Origin: Candidatus Lustribacter sp.
GTDB taxonomy: Bacteria > Vulcanimicrobiota > Vulcanimicrobiia > Vulcanimicrobiales > Vulcanimicrobiaceae
Direction: 5' to 3'
Assembly: GCA_965277805.1 (NCBI GenBank)
Contig: OZ255842.1
Coordinates: 640,001-704,000, forward strand
Length of the DNA: 64,000 bases
The notes under the pieces were generated by a model. It was not told the DNA's origin and searched no databases. It saw nothing but the letters and a program-made list of their open reading frames with translations. Positions 56,557-64,000 of this stretch are shown here, piece after piece (the first letter of the stretch is position 1; the number at the start of each line of letters is the position of its first letter). The translations under genes were made by a program, and so were the position numbers.

Positions 56557-57371
56557 TGCCGATCGTCTTTGCCGCCGCCGTGAGTCACGCGCCGGGGATC
56601 ACCGCGTGGCCCGAAGCTGCACCGGCCGAGCAACGCGAGAACCTCTACGCCGGCTTCGGCCGGCTTGCCGCCGATCTCCGCTCAGCGCGCGCGGATGCGG
56701 TCGTGCTGCTGACCTCGGAGCACTGGGTGAACTTTTTCCTCGATCACGTCGGCGCGTTTTGCGTCGGCCGGGCCGAGGCGTATAGCGGGCCGGTCGAACC
56801 GTTTCTGCGCATCGATCGCCGCGTGCAGGCGGGTGCGGGCGAACTCGGCGGACGCATCGTTTCCGCCGCTTACGAAAACGGGTTCGAACCAAGCTACTCG
56901 TTCGATCTCGAGTTCGATCACGGCTCGATCGTGCCGCTGCACCTGCTCGAGATCGGCAAGGACGTGCCGGTCGTGCCGATTTTCTTCAACACGCTGGTAG
57001 CGCCGCAGCCGTCGGCCGCGCGCTCCTACGATTTCGGCCGCGTGATCGGTCAAGCGCTGGGGCGGGAACCGCAGCGCATCGCGCTGATCGCGAGCGGCGG
57101 TCTCTCGCACGATCCGGGTGAGTTGCGCCACGGTATCATCGACTCGTCGTTCGACGATCTGTTCATGCAGCGCATGGCACGCGGCGACGCCGCCGGTTTG
57201 CGCGGTTACAGCAATGCCGATTTCGCGGCGGCCGGCGCGGGCGCGTATGAACTCTTGGCTTGGATCGCGCTGCAAGGCGCGCTCGAGGGCGCGCGCGGAC
57301 AGAAGCTCGCCTACGAGGCGGTTGTCCCGTGGGCCACGGGCATGGGGCTTATGGAATTCGAGATCGCATGA
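56556..57371 (+). CDS. LigB-type extradiol ring-cleavage dioxygenase, catalytic subunit
   Basis: SHAPG, EHWVNFF, FDHG, SGGLSHDP, GAYELLAW. Confidence 0.9.
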   Translation: MPIVFAAAVSHAPGITAWPEAAPAEQRENLYAGFGRLAADLRSARADAVVLLTSEHWVNFFLDHVGAFCVGRAEAYSGPVEPFLRIDRRVQAGAGELGGRIVSAAYENGFEPSYSFDLEFDHGSIVPLHLLEIGKDVPVVPIFFNTLVAPQPSAARSYDFGRVIGQALGREPQRIALIASGGLSHDPGELRHGIIDSSFDDLFMQRMARGDAAGLRGYSNADFAAAGAGAYELLAWIALQGALEGARGQKLAYEAVVPWATGMGLMEFEIA

Positions 57372-57408
57372 GCAGGACGCGTTCGCAGCGACCGCGATTG
57401 GATTCATT

Positions 57409-58350
57409 ATGAATCGTCGAACCGCACTTGGCCTGACCGCGGCGGCGGTCGCCGGCCCGTCGTTCGCGGGCGCGCAAACGCTGATCTCGCTGCACATCGC
57501 CGGGGTTCCGGAGGATTCGATCACGCCGGCCGTTTGGGCGGCGCAGAACGGAATCTTCCGCAAGCACGGTCTCGATGTGCAGCTCGAAGCGCAGCACAGC
57601 GGATCGGCCGTGACGGCCGGCGTTGCCGGCGGCAGCTACCAGTTCGGCAAGTCGAGCATGATCTCGATGCTGGTCGCGCACGCGCACAACATCCCGGTCG
57701 TGATCGTCGCGCCGGGCGGCTTGTATCAAGCGAGCGATGCGAACGAAGCGATCATCGTCAAGTCCGATTCGCCGATCCGGACCGGCGCCGACCTCAACGG
57801 CAAGATCGTGGCGTGTTCCGCAATCAACGATCTCTACATGATCGGGACGCGCGCTTGGGCCGACTCGCACGGCGGCGACTCATCGACGATCAAGTTCGTC
57901 GAGCTGCCGATCTCGGCCGTCGCGGCGGCGCTCGACACCGGCCGCATCGATGCCGGCGCCACGATCGACCCCGATCTGCAGCAGGCCCTGAATACCGGCA
58001 AAGTGCGCGCCCTGCTCGATCCCAACGGAGCGATCGCACCGCGTTTCATGTATACTGGATGGATGGCAACTACCGATTACGTGCGCGCGAATGCATCGAC
58101 GGTCGCGAAATTCCGGGAGGCGCTGATCGAATCGGCGCGCTACGTCAACGGGCATTTCCCGCAGACGTCTGAGATGATGTCGAAGTTCACCGACGTGCCG
58201 GCGGCCGTGTTCAACTCGATGCCGCGCGTGCTCGGCGCGCTGAGCGTCGATGCGAAGCTGCTTCAGCCGCTGATCGACACGTGCGCGAAGTACAAGGCGA
58301 TCCCCGCGCCGTTCGATGCGCGCGAGCTGATCGATCCGGCGCTCCGATGA
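57409..58350 (+). CDS. ABC solute-binding protein, NMT1/SsuA type
   Basis: NRRTAL Tat-like signal; GIFRKHGLDV, DLNGKIVA, GRIDA. Confidence 0.88.
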   Translation: MNRRTALGLTAAAVAGPSFAGAQTLISLHIAGVPEDSITPAVWAAQNGIFRKHGLDVQLEAQHSGSAVTAGVAGGSYQFGKSSMISMLVAHAHNIPVVIVAPGGLYQASDANEAIIVKSDSPIRTGADLNGKIVACSAINDLYMIGTRAWADSHGGDSSTIKFVELPISAVAAALDTGRIDAGATIDPDLQQALNTGKVRALLDPNGAIAPRFMYTGWMATTDYVRANASTVAKFREALIESARYVNGHFPQTSEMMSKFTDVPAAVFNSMPRVLGALSVDAKLLQPLIDTCAKYKAIPAPFDARELIDPALR

Positions 58351-59303
58351 GCGCGACGCGACGGACGTTTCTGGCCGGCGGCGCCGCGTTTGCGGCAAGC
58401 TCGCAGCTCGCGCGGGCGCAGGGTCTGCCGAAGGTCGTCGTGGGCTCATCGACGATCGACGCGGCGTCGGCCCTGATCTCCGCCCAGCACAACGGGTACT
58501 TCACGAAGAACGGCCTCGACGTCGAGATCATCACCGGCAGCGGTGCGGCGAGTGCGGCCGCCATCGCCGGCGGCACGATGCAGTTCGCCGCCTCGAATAT
58601 CGTCACGCTGATCAAAGCGCACTTGCAAGGCATCCCGTTCCTGATGGTTGCGCCGAGCAGCATGTACATCAGCACGAGCCCGACGCAAGTGCTCTGCACG
58701 CGCACTGACAGCGGTTTCAAGACCGCGGCCGATCTCAACGGCAAGACGATCGCGGTGACCGCGATCGGCGATTTGCTCTCGACGTCGACGATCGCCTGGA
58801 TCAACAAGAACGGCGGTGACGCGAGCACCGTGAAGCTGGTGGAATTTCCGCCCGCGGCGCAAGCAACCGCACTCGAGGCCGGGCGCGTCCAAGGCGCGAC
58901 GCTGGCGGAACCGTTTCTCTCGCAGGCGATCGATACCGGTACCGTGCGGATCTTCGGCAACATCTTCGAGGCGATCGCGCCGAGCTTTTTGGTCGCCGCG
59001 TATTTCGGTAATGCCGACTGGATGAAGGCCAACCCCGATCTCGTCCGCCGGTTTGCCCAATCGATGCTGCAAGGCAGCGCCTTCGCCAATGCACATCCCG
59101 ATCAAACGCTGCCGTGGCTGGTCGAGTTCGCAAAGCTCGATCCCAATGTGATCAAGCACGCCCGCCGCGAACACTTCGGCACCTCGATGGATCCGGGGCC
59201 GATCCAAACGGAAATCGACGCGCTCGCGCGCATCAAGATGATCGATCATAGCTTCGACGCCCGGGACATGATCAGCCCGGCCGTCTTGAACCTGCGAGCA
59301 TGA
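58347..59303 (+). CDS. ABC solute-binding protein, NMT1/SsuA type
   Basis: TRRTFL Tat signal; GYFTKNGLDV, DLNGKTIAV. Confidence 0.88.
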   Translation: MSATRRTFLAGGAAFAASSQLARAQGLPKVVVGSSTIDAASALISAQHNGYFTKNGLDVEIITGSGAASAAAIAGGTMQFAASNIVTLIKAHLQGIPFLMVAPSSMYISTSPTQVLCTRTDSGFKTAADLNGKTIAVTAIGDLLSTSTIAWINKNGGDASTVKLVEFPPAAQATALEAGRVQGATLAEPFLSQAIDTGTVRIFGNIFEAIAPSFLVAAYFGNADWMKANPDLVRRFAQSMLQGSAFANAHPDQTLPWLVEFAKLDPNVIKHARREHFGTSMDPGPIQTEIDALARIKMIDHSFDARDMISPAVLNLRA

Positions 59304-60172
59304 TCGAGGTCGTTGCGTTCGACGAGGTACCGTGGGGTTCGCTCGGAACCCACCGCGAGTATCACATCGAGATCAAGACGCCGATCTTCGGAACGGAAGG
59401 CGCGCCCGACAACTTCCGCGTGACGTTCAATCGCGGCCTCGGCGGCACCGAACACCAGCCGCGCCATCGCCACAACTTCGATCAGATCCGGATGCCGCTC
59501 AGCGGGCGCGTGAGCATCGGTCCGCGCCGCTGGATCGAAGCGGGCCAGATCGGATACTTTCCGGAGGGCCTGCACTACGGTCCGACCGAGGATCATCGCG
59601 ACGTCGGCACGAGCGGCTTCACGCTGCAGTTCGGCGGCGCGAGCGGTCTCGGCTTTATCAGCTCCGCGCAGATGAAGGCGGCGACCCGCGCGCTCGAAGG
59701 GCTCGGTACGTTTGAGAAGGGCTTGTTCTGGCATAAGACCGGCGGGCCGAAACCAAAACCGCAAGATGCGTTCGAAGCGATGTGGGAATACCTCAACGGC
59801 CGTAAGATCGAATATCCCAAACCGCGTTACAGCGATCAGATCATCATGCGGCCCGAGAACGCGGAGTGGCAACCGGTCGCGGGCACGCCGGGCGTGCTGA
59901 TCAAGTCGCTCGGGGATTTCACCGAACGGCACGTGTCGGTCACGATGCTGCGCGTTGAGCCGGGCGGCGTTGCGGCGATCGGCCCGCGTGCGGGCACGCA
60001 GGCCGGTATGGTGCTCAACGGCGCGGGGACGATTGACGGAAAGGCAGCGAGTGTGAATACGTTCGTGAAGATCGGGGCGGGCGCCGTTGCGAACGTCGCG
60101 ACGAGCGCGGGTCTCGAGATCGTGATCTTCGGTTTGCCGATCTTCGGCGCGGAGCGGAGCGTGGCAGCGTAA
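59300..60172 (+). CDS. Hypothetical cupin-fold protein
   Basis: QPRHRHNFDQIR and YFPEGLHYGP resemble cupin motifs 1 and 2; second beta-rich C-terminal region. Confidence 0.6.
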   Translation: MIEVVAFDEVPWGSLGTHREYHIEIKTPIFGTEGAPDNFRVTFNRGLGGTEHQPRHRHNFDQIRMPLSGRVSIGPRRWIEAGQIGYFPEGLHYGPTEDHRDVGTSGFTLQFGGASGLGFISSAQMKAATRALEGLGTFEKGLFWHKTGGPKPKPQDAFEAMWEYLNGRKIEYPKPRYSDQIIMRPENAEWQPVAGTPGVLIKSLGDFTERHVSVTMLRVEPGGVAAIGPRAGTQAGMVLNGAGTIDGKAASVNTFVKIGAGAVANVATSAGLEIVIFGLPIFGAERSVAA

Positions 60173-61344
60173 TGGTGCGCATGTTGCGCCTTCCGGCGCT
60201 CTTGGCGGCGCTGCTGATATTTGCAAACGGCCCGGTGACGGCGATCGAACCGTACGATATCTACGCGGTCTTGCCGCTTACGGGCGCCAATGCGTTCGTC
60301 GGCAACGAACAGCGGCAATCGTTCGAGATTTTAGCAGCCGACGTGAACCGCGGCGGTGGCGTGCACGGACGGGCGATCCGTTTCGTCATCTCCGATTCGC
60401 AGTCCAACCCGCAGATCGCGGTTCAGCTGACCGGGCAAATTCTGGCTCAGCACCCGCCGCTCGTGATCGGTGATTCGGCCCTCTCGACGTGCGCGGCGAT
60501 GGCGCCGTTGCTGGCCGGCGGTCCGCTGCAGTTTTGCCTCTCGCCCGGGTTCACGCCGCCGCCCGGCAGCACGTCGTACTCGATCGGAACGTCGCCGCCG
60601 AAGCAGGCTGAAGCGATCATGCGCTATGCTCGCGCGCGCGGCTGGACGCGCTTGGCCATGCTCAACCAGAACGATGCAACCGGCGATTCTTCGCAAAAGT
60701 CGATGCTCGATGCGATCGCCAAACCGGAGAACGCCTCGATTCACGTCGTCGCAACCGAGCGGTTCAGCCCCGGCGACATCAGCATCGCCGCGCAGTTATC
60801 GCGCATCCGGGCCGCCGGTGCACAGTTCATCGTGAGCTATAACAGCGGCGCCCCATTCGGAATCGTTACCCGCGGCCTGCGCGATGCCGGTGTCGATTTG
60901 CCCGTGTTCACGAGCCCGGGGAACCTATCGTACGTGGAGCTCAAACAATACGGCGACACGTTGCCGCGGCAATTGTTCTTCGTTTCGGGCCCGCTGCCGC
61001 CGGATGGTCCGAACATCGAAAACGGTCCGCTGAAAGCGACCGACTTGGCGTTTTTGGATGCGTTCCGCCGGCAAGGCCTGCGTCCCGACTGGGGCAACGC
61101 TACGGGGTGGGATAGCGGTTCGATCGTGATCGCCGCGCTGCGCGCGCGCGGTCTAAGCGCCGGGCCCGCCGAACTGCGCAGCTACGTCAACGGCTTGCAC
61201 GATTTTCCAGCCATCCAGGGTATGGCCGATTTCCGCACCGGCGAGTACGGACGCGGCGTCTCCGACGCGCGCATCCTCGCGTGGGACCAAGCCCGGAACA
61301 CGTGGGAGATCGCATCGGGGCCCGGCGGCGTGCCGAAGAAGTAA
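60172..61344 (+). CDS. ABC solute-binding protein, LivJ type
   Basis: VLPLTG, VNRGGGVHGR, DSQSNPQIAVQL. Confidence 0.88.
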   Translation: MVRMLRLPALLAALLIFANGPVTAIEPYDIYAVLPLTGANAFVGNEQRQSFEILAADVNRGGGVHGRAIRFVISDSQSNPQIAVQLTGQILAQHPPLVIGDSALSTCAAMAPLLAGGPLQFCLSPGFTPPPGSTSYSIGTSPPKQAEAIMRYARARGWTRLAMLNQNDATGDSSQKSMLDAIAKPENASIHVVATERFSPGDISIAAQLSRIRAAGAQFIVSYNSGAPFGIVTRGLRDAGVDLPVFTSPGNLSYVELKQYGDTLPRQLFFVSGPLPPDGPNIENGPLKATDLAFLDAFRRQGLRPDWGNATGWDSGSIVIAALRARGLSAGPAELRSYVNGLHDFPAIQGMADFRTGEYGRGVSDARILAWDQARNTWEIASGPGGVPKK

Positions 61345-61349
61345 CGCGT

Positions 61350-62657
61350 CTAGACGCCCGGCACCAGCTCGTACATGTGCGCCGCAGCGAGTTCGTTGCA
61401 ATAGGCATGGATGTCCGCGTCGACCGGTAGCCGTTGCGTGACGACGACGATGTCGTCGAACGCGTTGCCGGCCGGATCGCGCACGACGCCGCGCGGATCG
61501 CCGCCGGCCTCCATCGTGCGAATCGCTTCGGCCAGTAAGCGGCGCTCGCGGGCAATTGCGACATCGGAGCTCGCCAAATGTTCGTCGGCCTGTTCGTGGA
61601 TCGAGCCTTGCGACTCCGTCACGAAGAGGTCGTGCGCCGGGAAGCATTTCCCCATGCCGAGATAACTCGTCGACATCGATTCGCGATCTTGCAAGTAGCG
61701 GTTCTCGGGGTTGCGGATGGGCCGGTCGCCGGCCTGTTTCTCCGACGCGTACTGCGCAGCCATCGCCTCTTTCGGCAGCGGTCCTTTGGCGTGGAAGATG
61801 AACTCGAAGCGCCAGTGATGCTCGTCGTCGATCGGGACGTGCCAAAACATACTGCATCCCCCGGGACCGAGCGACACTTCGTTGCCGCCGATCGCGCATG
61901 CGTTCGGAATGACGAAGTTCGTGATGCGTAAGATGCGCTCGCTGGTGTTGGGAATCCGGCGGTCGGTGTAGACGCGCAGGCCGAAGCGCGTGTCTTCGAT
62001 GCTCAGCTGCGGCGCGTTGTCGACGTGGAAGGCGCTCAGCCGCGCCTTCTCGACCGCTTCTTCCAGTTCGAACCAATGCAGATACGACGTGTGGATCGGA
62101 TCGATGTTGCCTTCATTGGCTTGCATCCAATTGCAACTGACCAGCCAGCGCGCGTTGAAACGATACGCTTCCGGGGCGGCGATCGCCGGATAGTTGGGGA
62201 ATAGCGGGGGTTCGCCCGGACCGAAGTAGGCCCAGATCGCGCCGCCGGCTTCGTGGCACGGGTAGGATGCTTGGTGTACTTTGTCTTTGAACGTGCTCGT
62301 GGGCGGCTCGCCGGGTTGCTCTAAGCACCGCCCGTCGACGTCGTAGAGCCAGCCGTGATAGATGCAGCGCAGGCCGCCGTTTTCGACGCGTCCGTAGCTG
62401 AGGTCGGCGCAGCGGTGGGTGCATTTGCGCGCGAGCAGACCGGGGCGGCCGCGATCGTCGCGATACAAAACGAGGTCTTCGCTGAGAATGCGTATCGCGC
62501 GCGGCGGACCGTTCGGCGTCACATCGCTGCTATAGCCGATCGGCTGCCAGTAGCGTCGTAGCAGCTCGCCCGACGGCGTACCCCGGCTCGTTTGCGTGAG
62601 ATGCTGGTAGGTGGTGCGCCGCTCTTCGCGCGGCGTGCCGTTCGTCAAAGCGCTCAT
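61350..62657 (-). CDS. Rieske oxygenase alpha subunit (phthalate 4,5-dioxygenase-like)
   Basis: GTPSGELLRRYWQP, CTHR..CIYHGW, NEGNIDPIHTSYLH, HD..VTESQG. Confidence 0.92.
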   Translation of the reverse strand: MSALTNGTPREERRTTYQHLTQTSRGTPSGELLRRYWQPIGYSSDVTPNGPPRAIRILSEDLVLYRDDRGRPGLLARKCTHRCADLSYGRVENGGLRCIYHGWLYDVDGRCLEQPGEPPTSTFKDKVHQASYPCHEAGGAIWAYFGPGEPPLFPNYPAIAAPEAYRFNARWLVSCNWMQANEGNIDPIHTSYLHWFELEEAVEKARLSAFHVDNAPQLSIEDTRFGLRVYTDRRIPNTSERILRITNFVIPNACAIGGNEVSLGPGGCSMFWHVPIDDEHHWRFEFIFHAKGPLPKEAMAAQYASEKQAGDRPIRNPENRYLQDRESMSTSYLGMGKCFPAHDLFVTESQGSIHEQADEHLASSDVAIARERRLLAEAIRTMEAGGDPRGVVRDPAGNAFDDIVVVTQRLPVDADIHAYCNELAAAHMYELVPGV

Positions 62658-62703
62658 TCTTGGGAGGGGTCCTTCACGAGCTCGATGCGCTCCTTGTCGG
62701 ATG

Positions 62704-63426
62704 CTAGCGCAGCGGAATTTCGGGCCGGAGCAGCGGGCTGAGCTCCGCGGCGGCAGCTTGCAGTTGCGCGACGATCGCGGGCATTTGCCGCTCGGGCATG
62801 CGAAAGGCGAGACCGTGCACGCCCAGCGTCGCCACCAGCGTGCCGGCGGCGACATAGAGCGGAACGTAGATCGCGACGGCGCCTGGGAAGAGCGCTCCGC
62901 GCGATACCGCGTAGCCCGACGCACGGACGCGTTCCAAAAGCGATGCATCGTTTTCGTCCCGCCAGCCCGCAGCGAACGCGCGCAAGACGGTCCCGGCCGC
63001 GCCACGGCGCACCGGGTAGCGCGCCGCCTCCGTGATCTCCAGCCGGATCGGTTGGAGGCTCGGAATCTCCACGACGCAATAGCGCACGTTGCCTTGGCGT
63101 ACTTGCACTGCCGCGGTCTCGCCCGTTGCGTCCCGCAACCGTTCGAGTACCGGCCGGGCGATGGCGCCGAGCGTCGTTTCACCGTAGGCGGAGACGAGCC
63201 GGCCGGCGCCGGGACCGAGCCGGTAGAGCCGCTTCGTCCGATCGAACCCGAGGTATTCGTGCAAGACGAGTGTTTGCAAGAGCCGGTGCGCGCTCGAGGG
63301 CCGCAGGCCGATCGCCCGGGCGATCGCCGTGAGGTTGAGGGCCGGCGTTTGGGCGGTGAAACAGTCGAAGACGCGGCACACGTTGGCGGCCGTCCCGACC
63401 ACCCGTTTTGGCACTATATTCGCCAT
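62704..63426 (-). CDS. IclR family transcriptional regulator
   Basis: LTAIARAIGLRPSSAHRLLQTL HTH, YRLGP, TGETA, GAAG, RASGYAVS; start uncertain. Confidence 0.88.
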   Translation of the reverse strand: MANIVPKRVVGTAANVCRVFDCFTAQTPALNLTAIARAIGLRPSSAHRLLQTLVLHEYLGFDRTKRLYRLGPGAGRLVSAYGETTLGAIARPVLERLRDATGETAAVQVRQGNVRYCVVEIPSLQPIRLEITEAARYPVRRGAAGTVLRAFAAGWRDENDASLLERVRASGYAVSRGALFPGAVAIYVPLYVAAGTLVATLGVHGLAFRMPERQMPAIVAQLQAAAAELSPLLRPEIPLR

Positions 63427-63446
63427 AGGCAAACATATTTTTGCCA
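63409..63446. promoter_or_regulatory. Putative operator palindromes in the divergent IclR/SBP control region
   Basis: TGGC-actatattc-GCCA (63409-63425) and GGCAAA-catatt-TTTGCC (63428-63445) in an AT-rich patch. Confidence 0.4.
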
Positions 63447-63557
63447 TTTGATGCGCCGGCCCCGCCGTTTTCGCCCAAGAAAAGGGCCGGTAATACGAGG
63501 CTGCTAACGGCGCGGCATCAGCTTCAAATTTCGCTGGACGCTAAAAAAGGTGGAGAT

Positions 63558-64000
63558 ATGAATCGACCGCGGTGGGCGGCTCCGTGGCTTGTCCTCGTGC
63601 TGTTGGCGACGCTGAGTCTTCGAAGCATGGCGGCCGAGCCTCCCTATACCATCAATATGGTGCTTTCGCAGACCGGCAGCGGAGCGTTTCTCGGGACCCA
63701 CGAGGCCGCGGCGATCGGCGTCCTCGAAAAGGTGGTCAACGCGCGCGGCGGGATCAGCGGCCGGCCGGTCCACTTCACGTTCCAGGATGACCAGACCACG
63801 CCGGTGGTCGCCGTGCAGCTCACGAACGGGCTCATCGCCAAGGGCGTTCCGGTGATCATGGGATCTTCGCTTGCAGCAACGTGTTCTGCGATGGCCTCGC
63901 TGGTCGAGAAGACGGGGCCGGTGCAGTATTGCGTTTCGCCCATCATCCGTGGTGCGCCGGGAAGTTACGTCTACTCGGCGAGCGCCGGCAGCGATTCGAT
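63558..64000 (+). CDS. ABC solute-binding protein, LivJ type (3'-truncated by window; not in the ORF track)
   Basis: GGAG RBS then ATG; MNRPRWAAPWLVLVLL...YTINMVLSQTG...VNARGGISGRPVHFTFQDDQTTP. Confidence 0.85.
   Translation, partial: MNRPRWAAPWLVLVLLATLSLRSMAAEPPYTINMVLSQTGSGAFLGTHEAAAIGVLEKVVNARGGISGRPVHFTFQDDQTTPVVAVQLTNGLIAKGVPVIMGSSLAATCSAMASLVEKTGPVQYCVSPIIRGAPGSYVYSASAGSDS

Noticed and set aside
1-64000. Assigning specific gene symbols or substrates (pht, van, lig, hyu, nbaC, metE, prpB)
   Set aside because: Motifs support family-level calls only; orthology to characterised enzymes cannot be shown without searches

Overview
High-GC, gene-dense bacterial window made almost entirely of catabolic and uptake genes, about 61 CDS. 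I found no rRNA, tRNA, CRISPR array, integrase or transposase. Transport: 16 solute-binding proteins but only 3 ABC permease/ATPase sets. Oxygenases and related enzymes: five Rieske oxygenase alpha-subunit genes (one lacking the Rieske cluster domain, one fused to an HTH-like domain, one frameshifted), a Rieske ferredoxin, a VOC-Rieske fusion, a LigAB-type extradiol dioxygenase and several cupins. Hydrolases and lyases: two hydantoinase/oxoprolinase A+B pairs, four M24-fold proteins with systematically replaced metal ligands, amidohydrolase-2 decarboxylase-like enzymes, an ICL/PEP-mutase enzyme and a class II aldolase. Also present are a GST, an SDR, and AraC and IclR regulators. The overall picture is an island for scavenging and degrading aromatic or N-heterocyclic compounds; the substrates cannot be determined from sequence. 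The best candidates for something undescribed are: (1) three paralogous unknown proteins at 41.4-44.4 kb with a 3-hydroxyanthranilate-dioxygenase-like rubredoxin Cys4 site, two keeping and one lacking a putative His/Asp/Glu metal site; (2) the Rieske-less oxygenase subunit; (3) the non-canonical M24 subfamily; (4) the VOC-Rieske/VOC/VOC operon. All family calls come from motif recognition by eye, not database searches. Start codons were refined by eye from RBS and stop/start overlaps and may be off by a few codons.
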